From the IMG/VR virus record IMGVR_UViG_3300020468_000006, positions 1 through 61,667 of that record: a stretch of 61,667 nucleotides of DNA; one strand, 5' to 3'. Positions 1 to 7,593 of the stretch are shown here, in pieces (within the stretch, counting starts at the first letter, position 1; the number at the start of each line of letters is the position of its first letter). Source of the stretch: a virus (taxonomy: Duplodnaviria > Caudoviricetes). The translations under genes and the position numbers were made by a program. Below the pieces are notes generated by a model. The model searched no databases. It saw only the letters and a program-made list of their open reading frames with translations, and had not been told where the DNA came from.

Positions 1-459
1 TTATGTCACAATGTACAGCAGGTTGGTAAAACAAACAAGATTCTCCAGGATTTACCAGATCTCGAAAAACAGTTATTAGAGTGTGTACACTTTCATAATA
101 ATGAAGGATTAAACTATGCATCTGAATTTCGACTATCCGATGTATATGTAGAATTAGCACATAGTGGAGCGATCTATGCACCACATGAACATGCTAATTG
201 CTTATTCTCAGGCACGTTTTTTATATCATATCAAGAAGAACAACATGCTTACCTTAAGTTTAAGAGACAAGTACAGAGTCAAATGTTCCCAGTTATGATG
301 CTACCATTTAAACAAATGACAGCATTTAATCTACAGGAAGCAACAGTTCCATTTAAGAATGGTGATGTAGTAATCTATCCATCTAATCTAACACATGGGT
401 ATGAGAGCAATCAATCAGATGGTAGAATCACTCTAACCTTTAATGTAGTTCCACAGTAG
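1..459 (+). CDS. 2OG-Fe(II) oxygenase superfamily protein (TIGR02466-like), 5'-truncated by window edge
   Basis: Frame 1 is open from base 1 to TAG at 457-459 and is not in the ORF track. My translation contains PHEHANCLFSGTFF and GDVVIYPSNLTHGYESNQSDGRITLTFN, matching the HxH...H...RxxxxFN pattern of phage 2OG-Fe(II) oxygenases. Confidence 0.85.
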   Translation, partial: LCHNVQQVGKTNKILQDLPDLEKQLLECVHFHNNEGLNYASEFRLSDVYVELAHSGAIYAPHEHANCLFSGTFFISYQEEQHAYLKFKRQVQSQMFPVMMLPFKQMTAFNLQEATVPFKNGDVVIYPSNLTHGYESNQSDGRITLTFNVVPQ

Positions 460-586
460 TCAGCGTATGCATTATTGTCACATTTACGGTAAAAGGATAG
501 TATCCTTGTGTATATTTTAAATGTTTAAATAAATATAGGTAAGATCTTTATTCATGGGATAATACACGGAGTTGCTACTGTCTCAA

Positions 587-615
587 ATTTTAAGGTATCG
601 ACACCGATTTGTCAA
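587..615 (-). promoter_or_regulatory. sigma70-type promoter, leftward
   Basis: The minus strand reads TTGACA (615-610), a 17-bp spacer, then TAAAAT (592-587). Confidence 0.6.
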
Positions 616-650
616 CAGTACAGGGACGAAATCAGAGAAACCACACACAT

Positions 651-679
651 TTGACAAACATTTGAGTTTCCTATATAAT
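651..679 (+). promoter_or_regulatory. sigma70-type early promoter, perfect consensus
   Basis: TTGACA (651-656), a 17-bp spacer, then TATAAT (674-679), upstream of the small ORFs at 786 and 956. Confidence 0.85.
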
Positions 680-704
680 ATACACATGGGTCAGTACCCC
701 ATAG

Positions 705-724
705 TTTTCCACAGGTGTGGATAA
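705..724. promoter_or_regulatory. pair of inverted DnaA boxes
   Basis: TTTTCCACA (705-713; cyanobacterial-type box), GG, then TGTGGATAA (716-724; reverse complement of canonical TTATCCACA). Confidence 0.6.
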
Positions 725-785
725 GTGTAGAGACATAATTGCCTTAATTGCCTAGACCATTTTGCCCTTATTGCCTCTCATGCAA

Positions 786-956
786 ATGACTAAAACAATC
801 ACCCTAGAGACCACCCCACCTGTTAGTGTTAAGATCTGGGAAAAGAACAGGAAACACTTTTGGGCGTATGACTATCCAGGATGCAGTAAGAACGGAGCAT
901 TTCGGAGTTATCAACAGGCACTTGAGGATGCTTACGAGTTCTCTACTACACTCTAA
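786..956 (+). CDS. small hypothetical early protein
   Basis: ORF track 762..956 starts at TTG; the ATG at 786 (or 780) is more plausible. It follows the sigma70 promoter, and its stop overlaps the next start (TAATG). Confidence 0.6.
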   Translation: MTKTITLETTPPVSVKIWEKNRKHFWAYDYPGCSKNGAFRSYQQALEDAYEFSTTL

Positions 957-1171
957 TGCAAATCCCTAGTAACCTAGAATTTCTCATGGAATTGTATGAC
1001 CTTGGGAGTCTACCACCTGATGAACAGATAGAACTCGCACAGGGTCTAATCGACTATGGACTGGTAGATGATCTCAGACAATACCAACCCCTATGCGACT
1101 ACTTCATTGCTGAGGGTCTATGCTATGATGTACACGTGGGAGACGAGAGTATAAATACTCAGGGCAGTTAG
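956..1171 (+). CDS. small acidic hypothetical protein
   Basis: 71-aa ORF translationally coupled to the upstream ORF; no recognisable domain. Confidence 0.65.
   Translation: MQIPSNLEFLMELYDLGSLPPDEQIELAQGLIDYGLVDDLRQYQPLCDYFIAEGLCYDVHVGDESINTQGS
1150..1157 (+). promoter_or_regulatory. T4-type late promoter (TATAAATA)
   Basis: Exact T4 gp55 late consensus near the end of ORF 956..1171, ahead of a non-coding stretch and the ORF at 1300. Confidence 0.5.
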
Positions 1172-1299
1172 GACAGGGTTATTTACGTATATTAAAAAAG
1201 TACCTTCTTCTTAAGCTATAAACGTATCCCAGAGGGGTCGTGATATCTAATGCATATCAAAAATATTTTCGTTATATAAAAATTCCCCATAGGTAAAAA

Positions 1300-1446
1300 A
1301 TGAGAGAGAAGGATCAAAGGAAGTATGCGAAGAAGTTAATAAAACTTGCAAAGTGTTGCCCACAGTGGTATACTAAGGGTGACGTAAGATTTGCCAAACT
1401 CATTAAGAGTCGCCTCAAGAAAAAGGATGACAAGACCAACGTATGA
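1300..1446 (+). CDS. small basic hypothetical protein (48 aa)
   Basis: Not in the ORF track. It translates as MREKDQRKYAKKLIKLAKCCPQWYTKGDVRFAKLIKSRLKKKDDKTNV*, resembling small cyanomyovirus proteins with an AK..IK.AK..P.WYT..DV..AK pattern (recalled, not searched). Confidence 0.65.
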   Translation: MREKDQRKYAKKLIKLAKCCPQWYTKGDVRFAKLIKSRLKKKDDKTNV

Positions 1447-1921
1447 CGTAGTGTGGAACAAATGGAAGGACTACATGAACCTTCCATGGTGGAAACAGAA
1501 GCAAAACATCGGAGGATGCTATGGAGTGATACTGAAGTTCTATGAAGAACAGTATGGTATACCTCTATATGATTATCCGAGTGAGAAGAAGTACTACTTT
1601 AAGACTGACTATATACACTCTGCTGCACCGAATGGGAGTACGATAATATATCAGGGAGATAATATGACATCCTTTGATCATCATATAATGAAGGAAGGGG
1701 ATGTTATTATCATGCGTCTATACATAGAACCTCTACAAGGGGGGTATAGGAACGCTGAAGGGCATCGTTTATGTAATCATATCGGAATATACCTAGAGGG
1801 CGGTTATATGCTACATCACCCATATCAAGGGCAGTCTACCATTATAGACTTAGAGGGAGATGGGGCGATGTATCTGTCATATGCTGAGTTGGTACTTCGT
1901 AAAAAAGAAATACCTATATAA
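1427..1921 (+). CDS. NlpC/P60-family (C40) peptidase-like protein
   Basis: GGCYGVILKFYEEQYGIPLYDY (catalytic Cys region), GDVII and NHIGIYLEGGYMLHH (catalytic His pair), as in lambda gpK-type NlpC/P60 domains. The ATG at 1427 is preferred over the TTG at 1391. Confidence 0.8.
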   Translation: MTRPTYDVVWNKWKDYMNLPWWKQKQNIGGCYGVILKFYEEQYGIPLYDYPSEKKYYFKTDYIHSAAPNGSTIIYQGDNMTSFDHHIMKEGDVIIMRLYIEPLQGGYRNAEGHRLCNHIGIYLEGGYMLHHPYQGQSTIIDLEGDGAMYLSYAELVLRKKEIPI

Positions 1922-1940
1922 AAATGAATACAAAGATACT

Positions 1941-2120
1941 ATGTTAATGTCTGATAGATATGCAATGCATCTAGAGGTTGACGATGATGGGGATTATTTC
2001 ATGAAGATCCCAGAAGATTTGGTCAATGATCTAAGATGGGTAGAGGGAGATACACTGGACTTCGAAGAAGATATAGATGGCACTGTAATCCTTACGAAAG
2101 TACAAAAAAAATCACCGTAA
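1941..2120 (+). CDS. AbrB/MazE/SpoVT-family DNA-binding protein
   Basis: GDYFMKIPEDLVNDLRWVEGDTLDFEEDIDGTVILTK fits the swapped-hairpin pattern IP.....L....GD.L......G.VIL. Start is probably the ATG at 1941 or 1947. Confidence 0.8.
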   Translation: MLMSDRYAMHLEVDDDGDYFMKIPEDLVNDLRWVEGDTLDFEEDIDGTVILTKVQKKSP

Positions 2121-2149
2121 AAAAAACCCACCGTTTACTCTAATATATT

Positions 2150-2389
2150 ATGGAAGAATTCTTAGACCAGTATAAGGAACATATGGAGATGATCAGTAAG
2201 GGACTCGAAAACCTTGCTAAGAGAATCGAAACACTGGAACATGGAATAAGTCACATGCCACCGCCAGGTGCTGATATGGTAAAGTATAAACCTGAGGGAT
2301 ATGCTGACCACTTAAATCTTGCTGAATTGTTTGACGATCTATATACCCGCCTAAATATGTTGGAGAGACGTATTAAGGAATTGGAGTAG
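2150..2389 (+). CDS. hypothetical coiled-coil protein
   Basis: 79 aa with heptad-like ends around PPPGADMVKYKP; its stop overlaps the next start. Confidence 0.7.
   Translation: MEEFLDQYKEHMEMISKGLENLAKRIETLEHGISHMPPPGADMVKYKPEGYADHLNLAELFDDLYTRLNMLERRIKELE
2351..2357 (+). promoter_or_regulatory. putative late promoter (CTAAATA)
   Basis: TAAATA core about 32 bp upstream of the 1255-aa structural gene. Confidence 0.45.
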
Positions 2390-5300
2390 TGCCATCCTAT
2401 ATTTTAGAAACAGGTAGGAGTTATCCTAACGTAGTGACCAGTAGCACCTTCGCTGCTGACTACCAACGTCCTGCTGATAGTAGATACCAGTCACATGATA
2501 ATCACAGTGGTCCAGGTACCAACTATAATATTACATTTAACGGATTCGGTCCTGGTTCTTTAATAGCAGGAAAGGATGTAGTCTTATATTTGGGTGATGA
2601 TGATGAAACTTGTGTAGGATCATCCTGTGATGGTGCTCGTCTACCAATTTATAGATGGTATCGTAGTAAATATCAAGATCATACCTATACACAACAGAAA
2701 GTATTAGACCATACTAGGGATTTTCCTGGTGATGGTAATGCAAAGAAGGTCATGCAGGGTTATAATAGAGAACCTCGTGACGGAAGAGCAGTATATCATA
2801 TAGCAAGAAAGGCAGCAACTGGTACAACAGCGTTATATGCTCATTATAATGCAACTCTGAATGACACAATGTTGTCTACGAATGCAACTCCTCCTTCTGG
2901 ATATGCATTAAGAGAGACGATTGGTTATATTTGGACAAGTTCATCCAATGCAGATGCATATAAAGCAGTTAGTGAGACAGTAAAACCTCTTTACGAGTAT
3001 TACTATCAGTCAAATACCATGAAGAGGGATCACTTCTATACGATTGATCCTACAAATGAGGTAAATTTACAGACAGGAATAGCAGGAGTACCTGATTGCA
3101 AGGATCCTAGAGACCAATCGTACACATATGTTGGGATAGTAGGCTATTGTTTTGAGTTAAACAAGGCAAGTAGTGCAGTTACTACCTATGCTGACATCGG
3201 ATCTATCGGTCCGACAGGGGAATGTAACGTAAATAGATCGAATTGGTACCAATGGAACAATAACTGGACACTCTTAAAGTATCTCCGAGAGCAGAATGGC
3301 GTACCTGCGGTACAAGGTTGGGGTAATCCTGACAATGTAGCTGGTGTTAATACTACAGATGCACTGTTTGAGTGGTTCTATGGAAGGAATGGTGCAGTAA
3401 AAGCAGCACTTCCCCGCTATCTTTCATTCGAGCAGTCGTATGATTCGCAGTTTATATACTATTTGTATGATACATCGTACCCATGGAACGGTCCTGTCTA
3501 TGGAATTAACTTCAGTTTGAGTGATGCAGCGTGTTGTCCTAACGATTTTGACTATGCAGACTGCCCAGTTTGTGTTCCTGTACCTGTAGAGTACAGTAGA
3601 TTCTATGAAATAAGGTCAGATTCATGGGAAACACTCAAAACTAAGATGACTATAAGTGATCTAAAGTCTAAAAATGTCAATGAATCCTTCTTAGTAGCGG
3701 ATACGGTCAGTCGTAGAATCCTTTTTAGGTACACAACGACCACTGGATCCTTCTTTATAGGTGAAAAAATCAACGGATGGGACATTACACAGATCAGATA
3801 CTTCGGTGATGAACTAAAAGTGGGGTATATGGAGCTGAATGGGGAAGGAAATGAGTTCACATATCTACAAGCATTCACTTCTACCGACAATGGTGGTATA
3901 CAAGTACTATCTGGATACGGTATAAAGGACAAAGGAGCGTTCTTTGGTGTCTATGAGTTCCCTAAAAAGATAACTTACTACAAAGTTGAGATAGATCCAC
4001 GCCAATTGATTGCTAATCGTACACTTGATACTGCAGATATAAGAGCAAATATAAATTCAGAGGGTCAAGTTGAGAGTGTAGAGATCATTAATGGTGGAAT
4101 GGGGTATGCTCAACCTCTTATTGACATCGAACAACCTGCTGTTTTGACTGAAAGGTCTGCAAATGACAATGCAAGGAAGACTTTACACAACATGGGAGGG
4201 TGGGATCAGACAATGATGGACTCTCCTAACGATCCTGTGAACAATCCATACGGTGAAAAGAACAATTTTAGCTTTAAGGACATCAAAAAGAAGCAGTCTG
4301 CTGTTCTAGAAGAGGATATGTCGCAGAGTTTTAACGAAAGAGAGAACTTAATACCCTATGGAAACGGTGCTCAGAGGGGAGAGGTGCAAATATCAGGCAC
4401 AGATGCCCAAGTTGATGTGGGAAATAAGCAATTAAGAAGAGCAACAGGTGAAGGAAAAGGTAAAACTCCCCTTAAGAAGGCAGAAATAGAGATAACACAG
4501 TTAGATGAGAACGGATCTATCATAGAATTGCTTATAAAAAACCGTGGTAGTGGTTATGATCCTGATCCAAACAACAGACCTGCGGTATTTGTGGTCGATG
4601 CTGAGAAGGATACGTATACTAATCGTGGTCCTAACGTAAATTTATCAACTAAAACGTTTAAAAACAACATTAGAGCAGAGAATGGACTCAAAGAGAAGAT
4701 AACTTCGGGTACAGATGCGTCAAGTGAGGAGATAGATCAGATGGATGACGGTATCATAGGTGGTTTTAACACTATGATGAACGGATTTACCACAAAGTAC
4801 CCTACTGGTTACCTCAGAATTAAGGAAATTGACGATGAGCACACTAATTTGTGCTCAAACTTCCCCGCAAGTTGCATAAACATCGAGATTCCTGGTATTT
4901 TCGAAGACGCATTGTTCACTGCAGAGGATGTAAGAGGTCCGACTAAGTATTCTGATTCATTTAAAGAGATGATGACCAACCAATACCCCGATATGCTTGG
5001 TGGAGTACGTCAAACTGACAAAAAGAGTGGTGACTTTAGTGATCTATGGGGTTGGAACAACAAACAGAGCTGTATAAATCTACCTCAACCTAAGTTATAC
5101 ACCGCTACACGCTTTTTTGAGATACCATGCCCCTATACTGAGTTGGATGAAGAGAAGAAACAGAAGGCATATGGGTATATGGTGTACAAATATTGTGCAT
5201 CAAGTGCAGAGAGAGCTAGTTTTAAGGTTTCGATGGCATTAGAGGGGCATACAACGGGTCCTCAGGGGCAAGATTTCATGAACTTCCTAAGAAATTTGCC

Positions 5301-6156
5301 AGAACCTAATTTAACATGGACTAGAGACTCAGGACCAGGTGGAAATAGCAAATGTTGGCCATGTAAACGAGGTGATATTGAGGGTAGATGCTATCGTGAC
5401 CCAAGTAATGCGTCTGATATTGTATTTGTGCCTGTTGGTAGTGATGAAAACACCTATGATTATAACAGAGGAGGGTTTTCGGAGTATGAACAGTTTAAAA
5501 CTTGGTTAGGTGACAATTTATCTTCCCATGATCCCAATGGGCAAGTTGGTTGGATTGCTCATGAGGCAGATCCTGAGACTGGGCAGGAACTTGATACACG
5601 ATATTGGAACTATACGAATATAAGTGTAGCCATGCCCGTAGGTGGAGTACCTCCTAATGAGTGTTGGGACACCTATCTCCGTCATTCTAGTAATACTAAT
5701 GGATGCTTAGATGTGTATTGCGGATATAACCCTGCAAATCCAGGTACTAATAAAACTGCATCTACGGGATACTGGGGAGTTGGGTATATTGCCAATCCTC
5801 CTTGTACTGGAGGAAATCTAGCACTTGACTTTGTATCTGACGCAGCGATAGCAGTTAACCCTAAGTTGTGTAGTGAGTTTGAGTTGCTCCTTGGACCGTT
5901 TAATGGTACAATGTCAGTATTAAACTATAATACAGGATCGACACTCACTTATGGTGATGCAGTCCGTAACTTCGGTAACCCATATTTCAGTGAATGCGAT
6001 CTAGTATTCGGAACCATGACTAGTATTACTAATCCTGGTACTCTAATAGATAACTCAAAGCGGGTTGCAGCACCTTCTTTCGACCCTACGGATTCGGATA
6101 GGGAGGAATATGACGAAGAGTATAAAATTCCCGACAGTCATTACACAACGGATTAG
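2389..6156 (+). CDS. large virion structural protein (baseplate/spike-associated) with DUF5648-like repeats
   Basis: 1255 aa. It has three PxYxxY...DHxYT...GY repeats near the N-terminus, INGGMGY/NRGSGY structural repeats shared with gp7, and a Cys-rich C-terminus. It abuts the PAAR gene. Confidence 0.7.
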   Translation: MPSYILETGRSYPNVVTSSTFAADYQRPADSRYQSHDNHSGPGTNYNITFNGFGPGSLIAGKDVVLYLGDDDETCVGSSCDGARLPIYRWYRSKYQDHTYTQQKVLDHTRDFPGDGNAKKVMQGYNREPRDGRAVYHIARKAATGTTALYAHYNATLNDTMLSTNATPPSGYALRETIGYIWTSSSNADAYKAVSETVKPLYEYYYQSNTMKRDHFYTIDPTNEVNLQTGIAGVPDCKDPRDQSYTYVGIVGYCFELNKASSAVTTYADIGSIGPTGECNVNRSNWYQWNNNWTLLKYLREQNGVPAVQGWGNPDNVAGVNTTDALFEWFYGRNGAVKAALPRYLSFEQSYDSQFIYYLYDTSYPWNGPVYGINFSLSDAACCPNDFDYADCPVCVPVPVEYSRFYEIRSDSWETLKTKMTISDLKSKNVNESFLVADTVSRRILFRYTTTTGSFFIGEKINGWDITQIRYFGDELKVGYMELNGEGNEFTYLQAFTSTDNGGIQVLSGYGIKDKGAFFGVYEFPKKITYYKVEIDPRQLIANRTLDTADIRANINSEGQVESVEIINGGMGYAQPLIDIEQPAVLTERSANDNARKTLHNMGGWDQTMMDSPNDPVNNPYGEKNNFSFKDIKKKQSAVLEEDMSQSFNERENLIPYGNGAQRGEVQISGTDAQVDVGNKQLRRATGEGKGKTPLKKAEIEITQLDENGSIIELLIKNRGSGYDPDPNNRPAVFVVDAEKDTYTNRGPNVNLSTKTFKNNIRAENGLKEKITSGTDASSEEIDQMDDGIIGGFNTMMNGFTTKYPTGYLRIKEIDDEHTNLCSNFPASCINIEIPGIFEDALFTAEDVRGPTKYSDSFKEMMTNQYPDMLGGVRQTDKKSGDFSDLWGWNNKQSCINLPQPKLYTATRFFEIPCPYTELDEEKKQKAYGYMVYKYCASSAERASFKVSMALEGHTTGPQGQDFMNFLRNLPEPNLTWTRDSGPGGNSKCWPCKRGDIEGRCYRDPSNASDIVFVPVGSDENTYDYNRGGFSEYEQFKTWLGDNLSSHDPNGQVGWIAHEADPETGQELDTRYWNYTNISVAMPVGGVPPNECWDTYLRHSSNTNGCLDVYCGYNPANPGTNKTASTGYWGVGYIANPPCTGGNLALDFVSDAAIAVNPKLCSEFELLLGPFNGTMSVLNYNTGSTLTYGDAVRNFGNPYFSECDLVFGTMTSITNPGTLIDNSKRVAAPSFDPTDSDREEYDEEYKIPDSHYTTD

Positions 6157-6687
6157 ATGGCATACGGTTTCCTATTACCAGTAGCACCTATTACAGGTTT
6201 ACCTTGTAGCGGACATGGCATATGCATTCCGTCTACGGTTCATTGTGTCATGGGATGTTCTGGTCCTCCACCAATGTATCCTATCAAGATCAAACAGTAT
6301 ACTTGTTGGTGGCCACCACTAGCACTTATACCTTTCGGTCCTCTGAATCCACTAAAGGCAACAGTGCTTACAAACTTCTTACCGACCATGACGTTCGGTG
6401 ATAGGTTTATAAATCATCCGTCGCCATGCACGAACATTGTAATACACATGTGTCCGTGTGGTAAATCCGTGTGTCCAAAACCAACTCCGTATCCATGTTC
6501 GGTATTAACGATCGAAGACGGGGGAGTCGGACATACCCGTATACTCATTGCACAGAGTAAGACGGTATTTGTAACCAAACTACCAATCGGTAGAATATAT
6601 GATCCATTAGGTATCGGGTTTCCTGGTTTCTCTTGGCCATGTTCATCAGTGGTTGCATATGGGTCACCAAATGTGCTATCATCATAA
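6157..6687 (+). CDS. gp5.4: PAAR-like baseplate spike tip protein (gp5.4-like), extended and Cys-rich
   Basis: Motifs CSGHG, GD...H, GH, SKTVFV...PIGRI.DP and C...VAYGSPNV; located shortly upstream of gp25 as in T4-like phages. Confidence 0.75.
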   Translation: MAYGFLLPVAPITGLPCSGHGICIPSTVHCVMGCSGPPPMYPIKIKQYTCWWPPLALIPFGPLNPLKATVLTNFLPTMTFGDRFINHPSPCTNIVIHMCPCGKSVCPKPTPYPCSVLTIEDGGVGHTRILIAQSKTVFVTKLPIGRIYDPLGIGFPGFSWPCSSVVAYGSPNVLSS

Positions 6688-6703
6688 TAACTAATTAATT
6701 ACT

Positions 6704-6856
6704 ATGGCAGTTAGAACCAAAGAAGGCTCATGGGGAGCATCAATCTATGTTGAGAAGAATAGGAAGAAGACAAAACAAGGTAGTAGCATGAATACAAAGT
6801 ATTCTGCGACATCTCGCAACCATGCAAAGAAGAAATATAGAGGTCAGGGTAAGTAA
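6704..6856 (+). CDS. small basic conserved phage protein (KKYRGQG motif), 50 aa
   Basis: Not in the ORF track. It translates as MAVRTKEGSWGASIYVEKNRKKTKQGSSMNTKYSATSRNHAKKKYRGQGK*; I recall this type of ORF lying between PAAR and gp25 in marine T4-like phages. Confidence 0.75.
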   Translation: MAVRTKEGSWGASIYVEKNRKKTKQGSSMNTKYSATSRNHAKKKYRGQGK

Positions 6857-7131
6857 TGGATACTCAAGCGATGTCAGCAGGAGGTGGAACAACCTCCGAT
6901 ATAGAAGCACAGAGAGATGCTATTCCACCTATGAAAACAAATAAGATGAATTTGTTATCAGATGCATTTAAAGAAGAACTTAAAGAACTCATTAACGAAG
7001 TCTTAGACGAGAGAGAACTCCGAGTAAAACTTAATGGTCCTTATGACTTTCCAGAGGATGAATCGGAGATAGTTATAAATGATGATGATCTTGATGGGGG
7101 AACTGAATGGCTTTATAGGGGCACATATTAG
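6856..7131 (+). CDS. acidic hypothetical protein
   Basis: 91-aa ORF with TAATG coupling to the upstream ORF. Confidence 0.65.
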   Translation: MDTQAMSAGGGTTSDIEAQRDAIPPMKTNKMNLLSDAFKEELKELINEVLDERELRVKLNGPYDFPEDESEIVINDDDLDGGTEWLYRGTY

Positions 7132-7148
7132 TTTTTCTGAAAACTCGT

Positions 7149-7155
7149 CTAAATA
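7149..7155 (+). promoter_or_regulatory. late promoter (CTAAATA) for gp25
   Basis: Intergenic TAAATA about 25 bp upstream of the gp25 start. Confidence 0.7.
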
Positions 7156-7179
7156 ACTATTGTTACAGTAAAAGCACTA

Positions 7180-7593
7180 GTGCCAGCTTATAGATTTAGA
7201 TCTGAGAAGTTTTTTAGTAGAGGGTTTAAGGACTTAGCAATTTCCTTAAAGGCAAATCCTAATACTAAAGATTTTAGTGCTGTGAGAAATGAGAATGCCA
7301 TAAAGCAGTCTGTTCGTAATTTAGTTTTAACTCAATTTGGTGAAAGACCATATCAATATGATATTGGATCTAGGGTAACTGGGTTGTTGTTCGAACCTTT
7401 TGATGTTTTCCTTGCTGAAGACCTTAGAGACGAAATTTATAATACTATCCAAAGACTAGAACCAAGAGTCGAAGTGGATGCGGTGAACGTTCGAGAGGGA
7501 ATCGATGAAAACTCGATTGATATAGGTATTCGATATACAATTATCGGACAACAACAGAGTCAAACTGTGGAATTCCTGTTAGAGAGAACGTAA
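7180..7593 (+). CDS. gp25: baseplate wedge subunit gp25
   Basis: NENAIKQSVRNLVLTQFGERPYQYDIGS...LFEP and I...EPRV are the GPW/gp25 signature. Confidence 0.95.
   Translation: MPAYRFRSEKFFSRGFKDLAISLKANPNTKDFSAVRNENAIKQSVRNLVLTQFGERPYQYDIGSRVTGLLFEPFDVFLAEDLRDEIYNTIQRLEPRVEVDAVNVREGIDENSIDIGIRYTIIGQQQSQTVEFLLERT

Noticed and set aside
1941-2389. AbrB/MazE plus downstream ORF as a toxin-antitoxin pair
   Set aside because: The 79-aa ORF has no MazF, PIN or Doc features and looks like a coiled-coil phage protein.
7130-7146. Inverted repeat AGTTTT...AAAACT as a terminator
   Set aside because: The stem is AT-rich and weak, with no following U-tract.
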